From Symbiobacteriaceae bacterium (GTDB lineage Bacteria; Bacillota; Sulfobacillia; Symbiobacteriales; Symbiobacteriaceae): a stretch of DNA of 64,000 nucleotides. How positions within the stretch are numbered: position 1 is the stretch's first letter; every line of letters begins with the position of its first letter. This document shows, piece by piece, positions 41,909 to 51,601 of this stretch. Location of the stretch: the NCBI GenBank assembly GCA_029239785.1, contig JARBUG010000010.1:287-64286 (forward strand), in the 5' to 3' direction. The notes under the pieces are model-generated. The model worked only from the letters and a program-made list of their open reading frames with translations, was not told the DNA's origin and ran no database searches. A program made the position numbers and the translations under genes.

Positions 41909-43071
41909 CAGCCCAGCACCATCGCTTCCAGGGCGCCCAACTCCGCCTTCATGCGCAGCGGCGCTGCGGAGACCCGAATCGCCGTATCGGGATCCTTCAG
42001 GCCGTTGCCCGTCAGGACCGCCACCACCCGGGGCCGGCGCTGCCGTCCCGTAAAGGGCAGATAGCGGGGCGCCGGCGCCAAAGCGCCCTCAATGCGCCCG
42101 CCCGCGGCGTCGCCCTCGAAGTAGCCCGACTCGCTCAGCCGAATCAGCCCCGCAATCGAGGCACACGAAGCCGGTTCCGCAAAAACCCCTTCAGTAGCCG
42201 CCAGCCGCCGGTAAGCAGCCAGCATCTCCTCATCGGTGACGGCCCAGAAGGCGCCGCCCGACTCCCGGATGGCGTTCACCGCACCCTGCCGGGTCGCCGG
42301 CCGGCCAATCTTGATGGCGGTGCCCACCGTATGCGGATCATCCACCTCGCCACCGTTGACCAGCGGGGCGGCGCCCGCCGCCTGGAAGCCGAGCATCGTC
42401 GGCCCGGAGGCGAGCAGCCCGCCGCCGAAGGTGTGCTCCACGGCGCCGACGCCGAAGTCGGCGTACTCCTTGAAGCCCATCCAGTAGGCCGTTACGTTGC
42501 CGGCGTTGCCCACGGGAATCGCCAAAAAGTCCGGGTGGGCGCCCAGTGCGTCGACGATCTCGAAGGCCGCGGTCTTCTGGCCCTGGAGCCGGAACGGGTT
42601 GACCGAGTTGACCAGGGCGATTTCGGGGTGGGCGTCGGTCAGGGCCCGCACCAGCCGCAGGCCGTCGTCGAAGTTGCCTTCAATCTGGATGGTCCGGGCG
42701 CCGTACATGAGCGCCTGGGCCAGCTTGCCCATGGCCACCGCCCCATCGGGGATGACGACGAAGCAGGGAATGGACGCCCGGGCCGCATAGGCCGCCGCCG
42801 CGGCGCTGGTGTTGCCTGTGGAAGCGCAAATGACCGCCTTCGCCCCGGCTTCGGCCGCCTTGGACATCGCCATGGTCATGCCCCGGTCCTTGAAGGAGCC
42901 GGTGGGGTTGAGCCCTTCGTACTTGACATACAGGTCAATCCCCAGCTCCTCGCCCAGCCTGGGGCAGGGAATCAGGGGGGTGTTGCCCTCCAGCAGGGTC
43001 ACAACGGGAGTTCGATCCGTCACCGGAAGAAACCGACGATACTTCTGAATCAGACCTTGCCATGCGGGCAT
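41908..43071 (-). CDS. thrC: Threonine synthase
   Basis: PLP-lysine motif [10 protein letters not shown]. One-nt overlap with thrB. Confidence 0.92.
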   Translation of the reverse strand: MPAWQGLIQKYRRFLPVTDRTPVVTLLEGNTPLIPCPRLGEELGIDLYVKYEGLNPTGSFKDRGMTMAMSKAAEAGAKAVICASTGNTSAAAAAYAARASIPCFVVIPDGAVAMGKLAQALMYGARTIQIEGNFDDGLRLVRALTDAHPEIALVNSVNPFRLQGQKTAAFEIVDALGAHPDFLAIPVGNAGNVTAYWMGFKEYADFGVGAVEHTFGGGLLASGPTMLGFQAAGAAPLVNGGEVDDPHTVGTAIKIGRPATRQGAVNAIRESGGAFWAVTDEEMLAAYRRLAATEGVFAEPASCASIAGLIRLSESGYFEGDAAGGRIEGALAPAPRYLPFTGRQRRPRVVAVLTGNGLKDPDTAIRVSAAPLRMKAELGALEAMVLG

Positions 43072-43108
43072 ATCTCTACACCTTCCCCTTTATGAGAAAT
43101 ACATTTTA

Positions 43109-43203
43109 TTACCACAGAGCACACAGAGTACACTGAAAAATACGGATTGGAGCTGCCCAGGATCGAACTCCCAGTTTCAGTGTCCTCTGTGTACTCTGTG
43201 GTA
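43109..43203. repeat. Low-GC 95-bp element: 30-bp inverted repeats (28/30) around a tRNA-3'-end-like core
   Basis: TTACCACAGAGCACACAGAGTACACTGAAA ... TTTCAGTGTCCTCTGTGTACTCTGTGGTAA. On the minus strand the loop reads ..GTTCGATCCTGGGCAGCTCCA. Confidence 0.8.
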
Positions 43204-43221
43204 AATAAATGAAAGACCTAC

Positions 43222-43252
43222 AGGGAGAGGCCAGGTCAAAGACCCAGCCTCC
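43222..43252 (-). terminator. Intrinsic terminator after thrS
   Basis: 13-bp stem (GGGAGGCUGGGUC-uuu-GACCUGGCCUCUCCC) followed by a U-rich tract. Confidence 0.6.
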
Positions 43253-43265
43253 CACCACAAAAACG

Positions 43266-45218
43266 CTACTCCTTCTTCCCCGAAGCCGCCTTGCGCGCAG
43301 CCTCATCCATCACCTTCTCGCGAATCTCACCCAAGGCCAGCGCAACAAAATCCCCAAAAGGCATGGCACCCAGGTCGACCTGCCCACGCCGGCGGACCGC
43401 CACGGCGCCCGCCTCGGCCTCCTTGTCGCCGCAGACCAGAATGAACGGCACCCGGCTCAGCTCCGCCTCGCGAATCTTCTTGCCGATCTTCTCATTTCGC
43501 TCATCCATCTCCACCCGGATGCCCGCAGCCTTCAACTGCTCCACCACACTCCGGGCGTACTCCATATGACGATCCGTAATCGGCAGCACCTTCGCCTGCA
43601 CCGGCGAGAGCCAGGCCGGGAAAACGCCGGCAAAATGCTCCGTCAAAATGCCGATGAACCGCTCCAGCGAGCCCATAATCGCCCGGTGAATCATCACCGG
43701 CCGGTGCTCCTTGCCATCCTCACCCACGTAGGTCAGGCCGAACTGGTTCGGCATCTGGAAGTCAAGCTGCACCGTGGCGCACTGCCACTTGCGGCCCAGG
43801 GCGTCCGTCACATCAAAGTCCAGCTTCGGGCCGTAGAAAGCGCCGTCGCCGGGGTTCAGCTTGTAGGTCCGGCCCATACCCTCCAGGGCCCGGGAGAGCG
43901 AAGCCTCGGCCTGGTTCCAGGTCTCAATTTCGCCCATGAAATCATCCGGCCGGGTCGAGAGCTTGATCTCATACGGCAGGCCCAGCGGCTTGTAGATGGT
44001 GTCCACAAGGCCGATCACCTCACGGATCATCTCCTCGATCTGATCCTGGCGCACATAGAGGTGGGCGTCATCCTGGTGCAGACCCCGGACCCGCATCAAC
44101 CCATGCAGCGTGCCGGACGACTCGTACCGGGAGAGCGGGCCGTACTCGGCCATCTTGATCGGCAGATCGCGATACGAGCGCAGCTCGCTGCGGAAGACCA
44201 CGCAGTGGCCCGGGCAGTTCATCGGCTTGGTGGCAAAGTCCTGATCCTCGGAGCGGATCTGGAACATATTCTCACGATAGTGGCCCCAGTGGCCGGAGGT
44301 CTCGTAGAGCTTCGATGAGAAGATCCACGGCGTGCGGACTTCCTGGTAGCCCAGGGCGCCCTGCAGGTTCCGGCTCCACATCTCCAGCTCCCGGTAAATC
44401 TTATAGCCCTTATCGAGCCAGAAGGCGAAACCGGGGGCCAGGTCTTCGAACCGGAAGAGCCCCAGTTCGGGACCGATCTTGCGGTGGTCACGCCGCTTCG
44501 CCTCTTCGAGGATGAACAGGTACTGCTCCAGGTCCTGCTTCGACTCGAAGGAGGTGCCGTAGACCCGCTGGAGCATTTTGTTGGCCTGGTTGGCCTCCCA
44601 GTAAGCGCCGGCGACGCTCAGCAGCTTGAACGCCTTGATCTTGCCCGTCGACGGCACGTGCGGGCCGGCGCACAGGTCGGTCCACTCGCCCTGGGTGTAC
44701 ATCGAAATCTCTTCGCCCTCGGGCACCTTGTCGACCAGCAGAATCTTATACTCCTCGTTCTTCTCGGCGAAGAACTGCTTGGCATGCTCCCGGCTGACCT
44801 CCGACCGGACGATCGGATAGTCGGCGTCGATGATCTTCTGCATCTCCTTCTCAATGGCGACCAGGTCCTCCGGCGTAAACGGCCGGGGCATGTCGATGTC
44901 GTAGTAGAAGGTATCTTGCAGGGCCGGGCCGACCGTCAGCTTGCAGTCCGGGAAGAGCCGCTTGATGGCCTGGGCCATAATGTGCGTGCTGGTATGGCGG
45001 AAGACCTCGCGGCCCTCCTCATCCTTAAAAGTGAGCACCGCCAGCTTGCAGTCGCCCTCCAGCCGGGTCGACAGGTCGACTACCTGGTCATCGACCTTGG
45101 CGGCCAGGGCGGCCTTGGCCAGCCCCTTGCCAATCTGGGCGACAGCATCGGCGACGCTGATCCCCTGCTCGTACTCACGAATCGAACCATCCGGTAACGT
45201 AACCTTGACCATGGACAT
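43266..45218 (-). CDS. thrS: Threonine--tRNA ligase
   Basis: TGS-domain N-terminus M(S)MVKVTLPDGSIREYE and a class II core. ATG 45218 after GGGGGA. The longer track ORF enters the T-box. Confidence 0.95.
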   Translation of the reverse strand: MSMVKVTLPDGSIREYEQGISVADAVAQIGKGLAKAALAAKVDDQVVDLSTRLEGDCKLAVLTFKDEEGREVFRHTSTHIMAQAIKRLFPDCKLTVGPALQDTFYYDIDMPRPFTPEDLVAIEKEMQKIIDADYPIVRSEVSREHAKQFFAEKNEEYKILLVDKVPEGEEISMYTQGEWTDLCAGPHVPSTGKIKAFKLLSVAGAYWEANQANKMLQRVYGTSFESKQDLEQYLFILEEAKRRDHRKIGPELGLFRFEDLAPGFAFWLDKGYKIYRELEMWSRNLQGALGYQEVRTPWIFSSKLYETSGHWGHYRENMFQIRSEDQDFATKPMNCPGHCVVFRSELRSYRDLPIKMAEYGPLSRYESSGTLHGLMRVRGLHQDDAHLYVRQDQIEEMIREVIGLVDTIYKPLGLPYEIKLSTRPDDFMGEIETWNQAEASLSRALEGMGRTYKLNPGDGAFYGPKLDFDVTDALGRKWQCATVQLDFQMPNQFGLTYVGEDGKEHRPVMIHRAIMGSLERFIGILTEHFAGVFPAWLSPVQAKVLPITDRHMEYARSVVEQLKAAGIRVEMDERNEKIGKKIREAELSRVPFILVCGDKEAEAGAVAVRRRGQVDLGAMPFGDFVALALGEIREKVMDEAARKAASGKKE

Positions 45219-45526
45219 GTGGAAAATCCCCCTTCTGTCGGTTAAAGTTTGCCCAATGACAAAAGCCTCCCGTCCCTGTGAAGGGACGAGAGGCAACTCT
45301 CGCGGTTCCACCCTACTTTCCGGGCGCCCCAAAAGGCCGACCGGCTCGTATGCGCTGTAGAGGGCGCTCCCTCCTTCCTTATCTGCACTGGATTCGCGCA
45401 GTTTCGGAAGACGGCTGTGGGGTGGTTTCCCGCCGGCATGGACCCAGAAGCGCTTGCACCCGGTGGCGCTTCCTCTCTGGAGAGTGTGCTGGCGGTATTG
45501 TCCCCGGTCATTGCCGGTGGAATATT
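45219..45526 (-). promoter_or_regulatory. T-box leader (Thr, ACC specifier)
   Basis: CCAGAGAGG box, GGGAAACCACCCC loop and T-box AGUAGGGUGGAACCGCGAG. Terminator CCUCUCGUCCC-uucaca-GGGACGGGAGG followed by CUUUUGU. Confidence 0.85.
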
Positions 45527-45532
45527 GAACTC

Positions 45533-45561
45533 ACTATAGACCTTGCGCCGCTGCCTGTCAA
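45533..45561 (-). promoter_or_regulatory. SigA promoter of the thrS leader
   Basis: TTGACA, 17 nt spacer, TATAGT. Confidence 0.65.
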
Positions 45562-45592
45562 CCCTATTTGCCAGATACGATTGAAATGAAGC

Positions 45593-46057
45593 CTACTTCC
45601 CGGGCTCCTTATCGAGGAACTTGGCCACCTTTTCTTCATCGAGCGGGGCGTAGATACCACGGGACCAGGCGACCTGGTTGCCCTCGCTGTCGCGGGCCTC
45701 CGCCCGGGCGGCGATGATGCGGGAATTCTGCTTGACGATGCGGGCCGAGAACAGGTAGGTCTGCCCGACGCGCATGGGCCGGCGGTATGTAACCTCAATC
45801 TTGCGGGTGACGGCGAGCTGCAGCTGCGAGTAGATGAGCTGGCTCATCACTTCGTCGAGTGCGGCCGCGACGACGCCGGAGTGGGTGACACCCGGGGCGC
45901 CCTGGAACTCAGCGATGGGGGTGAACTCGGCCTCGGTCCGGTCGCCAACCAGGCGCACGTTCAGGCGCATGCCCAGCCGGTTCTCATCACCGCAGCCAAA
46001 GCAGTGCCAGTGGAGGCCCTGCAGGTGGTTCCGCTCAACGGTATTGGGTTCAGACAT
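45593..46057 (-). CDS. PaaI/hotdog-fold thioesterase (putative)
   Basis: ATG 46057 (MSEPNT). HCFGCG..., GVTHSGVVAAALDE and a size of ~154 aa. Confidence 0.7.
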   Translation of the reverse strand: MSEPNTVERNHLQGLHWHCFGCGDENRLGMRLNVRLVGDRTEAEFTPIAEFQGAPGVTHSGVVAAALDEVMSQLIYSQLQLAVTRKIEVTYRRPMRVGQTYLFSARIVKQNSRIIAARAEARDSEGNQVAWSRGIYAPLDEEKVAKFLDKEPGK

Positions 46058-46104
46058 AGAAAATCGGCTCCTTTCGGCGGGGAGACCCCTCACACAGTAT
46101 TTTA

Positions 46105-48540
46105 CTATAAGGGAAGTCCCACTGCATCATTCTTCGCGGCCACGGCGTGATCCTGCTCCCAGCTTTCGGCCAGGCGCCGGCCAATTTGCTCGGCGGTGCC
46201 GGGCCGGCTGAACCAGTAGCCCTGCCCCAGGGCGCAGCCCAATCCTTCCAGTTCGGCGGCCTGATCCGGCCGCTCAATCCCCTCGGCAACGGCGACCAGC
46301 CCCAGCGCACGCGACAGGTCGACAATGCCCCGCAGGAGGGCGGTCTCCCGCCTGCCCCGTCCAACGCTATCGATGAACGAACGGTCAATTTTGACTGTGT
46401 CGATGGGGAAGCCGCGCAGGTAGCTGAGCGATGAGTAGCCGGTGCCAAAGTCGTCAATGGCCAGGCGGACGCCCAGATCTTTGAGACCATTCAAAGTATC
46501 GGCGGTGGCGGCACCGCTGTGCATCAACACGCTTTCGGTGATCTCCAGCGAGAGGCTCCCGGGAGCCAGGCCCGTCTCGGCCAGGGCCCGGGCCACATCG
46601 GCCACCAGTTCCGGTCCGAGCATGAGCTGCCGGGCCGACAGGTTCACGCTCAGCGTAATCGGCGCCGCACACGCATACAACTGTTGCCACCGGGCGGCCT
46701 GGGCGCAGGCCTCATAGAGCACAAACCGCCCCAGGGGCAGAATCAGGCCGGTCTCCTCCGTCAGCGGAATGAAGTCGGCCGGCGGAACCACGCCGCGCCC
46801 GGGATGCTGCCAGCGGACCAGCGCTTCCACCCCGGCGATCTGGCCCGTCGCCAGTTGCACCACGGGCTGATAGTGCAGGAAGAACTGCTTCTGCTCCAGC
46901 GCAACCCGCAGGTCGGCCTCCATTTCGAGGCGGGCCATGGCCGCCTGGTGCATGCTGTCGCGGAAGATGGCGTGCTGCCCCTGCCCCATGCCTTTGGCCG
47001 TGTACATGGCCACGTCGGCGTTGCGGAGCAGTTCTTCGGCTTCAATGCCGGCGCCCGGATGTGCGATGGCGATGCCGGTGCTGCCAAATACGTAGACGTC
47101 ACGGTGTGCCAGCGAGAAAGGCTTGGCCACGGCCGCAGCGACCCCCTCGGCGACCCGGATGGCGGCCTGTTCGTCGGCCCCGGGCAGGAGCAGGGCAAAC
47201 TCATCGCCGCCCAGCCTGGCCACGGTATCGTCGGGGCCCACACAGGTAAGCAGCCGGGCGGCCACCGCCTGGAGCAGGCGGTCGCCGGCCTGGTGGCCCA
47301 GCGAATCGTTGACGGTCTTGAAGCCGTCCAGGTCGATGAAGAGCAGGGCGACGGGCCGGGCGAACGTCTCCCTTGAGGCCAGTTCCTCCTCCACCCGCGT
47401 CCGCAGCTGCGCCCGGTTGGCCAAGTTGGTCAGCGAGTCGTGAAAAGCCATGTGGCGCAGGTCGTCCAGCAGCTGGGCCCGGCTCGCCAGGAGCCGGCTG
47501 TTCTCGCGCAGGACCAGCACCTGCCGGACCATCACCGTCAGCGTCACCGCCACGGCGCCAAAGAGCAGGCCGCCGGTGGTGGCGTCAACCTGTATGCCGC
47601 CGATGAGCAGGCCAAAGGTGAATACGACAGCCACGTACGGCATAGCCAGCATGACCCAGCCTTGCAGCAGGGCGGCCATGGGGCTGGCGTCCTGGCGCCG
47701 GGGCACCCGGAAGAACCGGTGCTGACCCGCCACCAGCATGACATAGATGCCCGCCAGCCAGAAGCTGTCTGGCCAGTCGCCGCCTTCGTACTGCCCGGCG
47801 AGCGACTGCCGCCCATAGGCGAGATCACCAACGTATAACAGCACCACGCCCAGGGCCAGCAACACCCGTGGTCCGACCGAACTGGTGTCGCGCCGCCGGA
47901 AGAGGACCACCACCAGGCCAAAGAAGAGCAGCAAATCGGCCACTGGGTAGGCGACCGAGAGCATCTTGGCCAGTTGTCCGGCCTGCGATCCGGCTGCGGT
48001 CGGACCAATCACCAGGTACCAAGTGGCGACCCAGCCGGAGATCAGGACCGTGAGGGCATCAAGCCAGAACCGCGTGTGATCGGCACGCTCGGACGGCATG
48101 GACAGTATGCCCCACAGGAGCAGGGGGAACTGCATCAGATAGAACAAATCGGCGACGGAAGGAAAGGGCGCCGTCTGCCGGATGATCTCAAAGTAAAACC
48201 AAGCCAGGTCGCCGGCGAAATAACAGAGCAAGGAGTAGCCAACCAGCCGCCAGCCCCGCCGTCCGGCCGGCGTCAGGCCCGGCCTGCCCGCCGCCCGCAG
48301 CACCAGCGCGCCTGCAGCCAGGGAGACCGGCAGGCCCGCCAGGTCCGAAATCAGCACCCGGTAGGCCGGGCCGCCCCAGCCGCATATCTGCCAGATGAAA
48401 AAGAGCATCAGGTAAACGCCCAGGGCGAGCATGAGGCGGCCGCCCCAGTCACGCAGGGAGTGTTTGAAAAAGGCACGGGCTTCGGCCGTCAGGGTGGCGA
48501 TGAGCTGCTGCATATGACGGAGCACCCACTTTTGATCCAA
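46105..48540 (-). CDS. Membrane sensor with GGDEF diguanylate cyclase and EAL phosphodiesterase domains
   Basis: About 9 N-terminal TM segments. RLGGDEFALLL, EALVRW and DDFGTGYSS. Confidence 0.9.
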   Translation of the reverse strand: MDQKWVLRHMQQLIATLTAEARAFFKHSLRDWGGRLMLALGVYLMLFFIWQICGWGGPAYRVLISDLAGLPVSLAAGALVLRAAGRPGLTPAGRRGWRLVGYSLLCYFAGDLAWFYFEIIRQTAPFPSVADLFYLMQFPLLLWGILSMPSERADHTRFWLDALTVLISGWVATWYLVIGPTAAGSQAGQLAKMLSVAYPVADLLLFFGLVVVLFRRRDTSSVGPRVLLALGVVLLYVGDLAYGRQSLAGQYEGGDWPDSFWLAGIYVMLVAGQHRFFRVPRRQDASPMAALLQGWVMLAMPYVAVVFTFGLLIGGIQVDATTGGLLFGAVAVTLTVMVRQVLVLRENSRLLASRAQLLDDLRHMAFHDSLTNLANRAQLRTRVEEELASRETFARPVALLFIDLDGFKTVNDSLGHQAGDRLLQAVAARLLTCVGPDDTVARLGGDEFALLLPGADEQAAIRVAEGVAAAVAKPFSLAHRDVYVFGSTGIAIAHPGAGIEAEELLRNADVAMYTAKGMGQGQHAIFRDSMHQAAMARLEMEADLRVALEQKQFFLHYQPVVQLATGQIAGVEALVRWQHPGRGVVPPADFIPLTEETGLILPLGRFVLYEACAQAARWQQLYACAAPITLSVNLSARQLMLGPELVADVARALAETGLAPGSLSLEITESVLMHSGAATADTLNGLKDLGVRLAIDDFGTGYSSLSYLRGFPIDTVKIDRSFIDSVGRGRRETALLRGIVDLSRALGLVAVAEGIERPDQAAELEGLGCALGQGYWFSRPGTAEQIGRRLAESWEQDHAVAAKNDAVGLPL

Positions 48541-48607
48541 TCGAATGTAGGCATAGTCAGTTCGTGAACGTGTTGGGAATCTCCTGCGAGTGGCGAAAAG
48601 GCGGCAA

Positions 48608-48640
48608 GTGCAAACAACTCCCCGGCAAAGGGGGAGTTGT
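48608..48640 (-). terminator. Hairpin terminator after the YtxC-like gene
   Basis: CAACUCCCC-7 nt-GGGGAGUUG followed by UUUG. Confidence 0.5.
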
Positions 48641-48653
48641 CGTCAGGGGAGCT

Positions 48654-49580
48654 TTAGTGGCCCAGCGTCATCTGGCTGCTGTCGCTCGAGAGCGGCAGCG
48701 GCAGGGAACATGATTCGCAGCCGTAGCACATGGTAACCCGCTCATCGAAAACGCCGAGAATCGTTTCGATCGACTCGTCGCGCTCCACCGAAGGCACCGC
48801 ATGAACGGTGACCGCCCGTGGCGCCAACGTAATGAGGGCGGAGATCAACAGATCCTCGTAGTTGACTTCGCTCTCGACCATTTCGACCACAAACTCTTCG
48901 AGGTACTCGCTGCGAATGGCGCAGCCCTGGTCATCGACCAGTTTGAACGAGCCTTCGGGTCGGATCAGCACATGGACATGATCCATGCGCGGCTCCTGCA
49001 CGTCGACGAAATACTTGAGGAGCCGGACAAACTCCTTGTACTCCCGTTCCATAAGGAAGTCATCCACCGCACGGTCCACGGCGTCTTCCACTTCCTCGAT
49101 GTAATCCCGCAGCCGGAAGGTAACAAAGCCCTCCAGCACGAGTTCGTCGGCGTTTTCCAGGTAATCGCGCAGCCGGTGCAGGATCTGCGCCTTACGCGTC
49201 ACCTTATAGAGTTGGTCCGTTTCCACCGGCCCTGCGCCAGCGGAAAGCAGCCTGCCGGTCTGCTCAGCGATCTGGCCCTGCTCATCGTGGGAGAAGTAGT
49301 AGTAGCTGCCCCTGATGGTCCGGCGAATCAGCTCCTGCTCCCATTTTTCCACAATGACATCGGAAAGTGCGCTGGCCACGTAATGGCGCAGTAAGTTGCC
49401 TGCTTGGCTCGGGGTGCCCGGATCGCTGTCTACGCAACAGTCGAGAAAAGTGAAGCTCCCACGGTTCGATTGGCCGATGCGAATATTGACGCCTTCTCCC
49501 TGGAGAAACCGAAACTCGTCATCCAGACGCTGGCGGATGTCTTCGATCCCTTCGGCGGTCCCTATCGTGATCGCTTGCAC
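48654..49580 (-). CDS. YtxC-like sporulation protein (putative)
   Basis: 308 aa. GTG start after AGAGGGGTGA. Blocks such as EGFVTFRLRDYIEE and LKYFVDVQEP resemble the YtxC family from memory. Confidence 0.45.
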   Translation of the reverse strand: MQAITIGTAEGIEDIRQRLDDEFRFLQGEGVNIRIGQSNRGSFTFLDCCVDSDPGTPSQAGNLLRHYVASALSDVIVEKWEQELIRRTIRGSYYYFSHDEQGQIAEQTGRLLSAGAGPVETDQLYKVTRKAQILHRLRDYLENADELVLEGFVTFRLRDYIEEVEDAVDRAVDDFLMEREYKEFVRLLKYFVDVQEPRMDHVHVLIRPEGSFKLVDDQGCAIRSEYLEEFVVEMVESEVNYEDLLISALITLAPRAVTVHAVPSVERDESIETILGVFDERVTMCYGCESCSLPLPLSSDSSQMTLGH

Positions 49581-49720
49581 GGCCGTTTCACCCCTCTTTG
49601 CAGGAAATCGGCTCCGAGATCCGCCGGCATGGAGCCGCGCCCGCGAATCAGTCTCGAAGCCGAGGGTATCTGCCGTACTAGTATATGACCCGCCGAAAAA
49701 GAGTTATACGAAGGGGCCAT

Positions 49721-50413
49721 CTACGGCGAGCCATGTTTCAGCCATTTTTGGTAAATGGCGGCACTGCCAGAGGAGAGCGCCTGGGCGAGGCGTTCGCGGT
49801 AGGCGTTGTCGGCCAGGAGCTGCCGGTCCTGGTCGTTGCTGATGAAGCCAAGTTCGACCAGCAGGGCCGGCGCTTTTGTTTTGAGGACGGCGAAGTCTTT
49901 GCGCGGATGGGGTTGTTCCGGGCGGGAGTGGAGCGGCCAGCGCCGCAGGATATCGTCAAAGAGGTAGGCGGCGTCGCGGCCGGTGCGGGAGGGTTGGTAG
50001 AAGATCATCATGCCCCGTTCGCTGGCGTTGCGGGTGTGGTTGACGTGGAGACTGAGCATGAGGCCGGCCCGGCAGTGGTTGGCAATGCGGATGCGCTGGT
50101 TCAGGTCACGGCGCAGGTGGCCGCTGTCCCAGTTGCCGCCCAGGGCGGTGTCGGTGTCGCGGGTGAGGACGACAGGGACTTTGTAGCGGTCGAGGTACTT
50201 TTTGGTGCGGAGGGCGATGTCGAGGACGACCTCTTTTTCGAGCATGCCGGGGACGTTGGTGCCGCCGTCAATGCCGCCGTGGCCCGGGTCGATGACGATG
50301 GGTGGGGTGTCGGGGCACTGGGGCAGGGCTTGTGCAGTGCGGCTGTCTCGGAGCGTCCATAGCGTGGATGCTATGGTTGCCAGTATGAGTGTGGTGATGA
50401 GGGTCTTCTTCAT
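49721..50413 (-). CDS. N-acetylmuramoyl-L-alanine amidase, CwlD-like
   Basis: ATG 50413 after GGGAGG, followed by a signal-like N-terminus. DPGHGGIDGG, SLHVN and ELGFISN motifs. Confidence 0.8.
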   Translation of the reverse strand: MKKTLITTLILATIASTLWTLRDSRTAQALPQCPDTPPIVIDPGHGGIDGGTNVPGMLEKEVVLDIALRTKKYLDRYKVPVVLTRDTDTALGGNWDSGHLRRDLNQRIRIANHCRAGLMLSLHVNHTRNASERGMMIFYQPSRTGRDAAYLFDDILRRWPLHSRPEQPHPRKDFAVLKTKAPALLVELGFISNDQDRQLLADNAYRERLAQALSSGSAAIYQKWLKHGSP

Positions 50414-50744
50414 GGTGACCGCCTCCCGGTGGACATGTATATGTCCGCTTCCCGGGGGTATGCCGCCGTTGGGGGTGGGGCCGCTGGTCGTGTCACCGGG
50501 AACGTCCCTTCGCTGCCCCGGCGGCGCCACTAGCGGCAGTAAGCCCTCCGGTCGGGCGCCGCCGCCTATACCGGGCTTGTCGCCGGCGGCGGCTGAGCAG
50601 TCGGGTCACGGGGCCAACTGCCGCTACGTGTCGCCACCGAACGGCGCTTCAGGAACGCCCCCGGCGCCCCGCCCAGCGACCGGGTTTCATAGGCACAAAC
50701 TCAGTCTCCACCCCGGGTATCTCCGGCCAGATATCCCTGACTTC

Positions 50745-50815
50745 TGCGTTTGCGGTTCTCATCGGTCCGTTTTACGCGGCAACATAGCTTGGACGCCGTA
50801 CAGAAACAGACCGAT
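50745..50815. repeat. Partial (one-arm) copy of the ATCGGTCYGTTTT palindromic family
   Basis: GCGTTTGCGGTTCTCATCGGTCCGTTTTACGCGG ... CAGAAACAGACCGAT. Confidence 0.6.
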
Positions 50816-50877
50816 AGCGCATCGCCGGATTCTGTGCACCTCAGCGCCTCATACTAAGGGCAAAGGAGGCGACCACA

Positions 50878-51072
50878 ATGAGCGACCATCAGCACACCGG
50901 CAAGCGCCACGAAGAAGGCCAGGGACCTGCCAGCCTACATCAGCCCGGTCCCGCGGCGGGGCACAGCCTGGAGGAACTGGGCCAGCCTACCCGCTCCCAG
51001 AACGCCCAGGAAGTCATGGAGGCGCATTTCGACCATCCCAAGCGGCACACGCCGGGCTCCCCGCCCAGGTAG
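50878..51072 (+). CDS. 64-aa hydrophilic His/Pro/Gln-rich protein (minor SASP-like?)
   Basis: AAAGGAGG RBS. A CATACTA (sigG/sigK-like -10) lies at 50850..50856. A strong terminator follows. Confidence 0.55.
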   Translation: MSDHQHTGKRHEEGQGPASLHQPGPAAGHSLEELGQPTRSQNAQEVMEAHFDHPKRHTPGSPPR

Positions 51073-51077
51073 TCCAC

Positions 51078-51128
51078 ACAAAAAACCGGGTGCATGCGAT
51101 TGTCAGCATGCACCCGGTTTCCGTTTTG
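51078..51128. terminator. Bidirectional intrinsic terminator between convergent genes
   Basis: AACCGGGTGCATGC-8 nt-GCATGCACCCGGTT flanked by an A-run and a T-rich tail. Confidence 0.8.
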
Positions 51129-51168
51129 TCCGAAAGAAACAGCCAGGGGCGGCGGTGCCTCCGAGGCC

Positions 51169-51600
51169 CTACTCCTCCTGCCCCGCCCGATACGCCACCA
51201 GGCTCAGCCCGAAGGCGCCAACCATCACCACCGCCGATGCGATACACCAGCGGCACACGGCATGAATCACAAAGAACTCCACGTAGGTCAGCCAGCCCGA
51301 AAAGAGCACGCCCACCAGCGTGGCCCCGAACAGGCCCAGCAACCAGACCTCCCGGCGGGCCTCAAGCCTCAACCCGAGCACCGCCAGGGCCAGAACACCC
51401 GTGTAGCCCACGGCGCCCAGCATGGGCACCGGAATGCCCATGAAATTGGCGTACGGGCTGTGCTGCACAGTCTCGCAGCCGCCGCTGGCGCCGCAAATTG
51501 GCGCCACATCGACCGCATAGGCCCAGGTCAGGTAGAAGGAGATCCCCAGACCGATCAGAGCGAGCAGAATCACGCCCTGAAGGCTCCGCTTCAAGCTCAC
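51169..51600 (-). CDS. VKOR (vitamin K epoxide reductase) family thiol oxidoreductase
   Basis: Loop cysteines CGASGGC and active-site CRWC. 4-TM layout. The start lies 1 nt after the DsbA-like stop. Confidence 0.85.
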   Translation of the reverse strand: MSLKRSLQGVILLALIGLGISFYLTWAYAVDVAPICGASGGCETVQHSPYANFMGIPVPMLGAVGYTGVLALAVLGLRLEARREVWLLGLFGATLVGVLFSGWLTYVEFFVIHAVCRWCIASAVVMVGAFGLSLVAYRAGQEE

Positions 51601-51601
51601 G

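Noticed and set aside
43130-43180. A complete tRNA gene on the minus strand.
   Set aside because: Only the T-loop, 3' T-stem, acceptor 3' strand and CCA are recognisable. The 5' T-stem strand (GGGAG) does not pair, and there are no D or anticodon arms.
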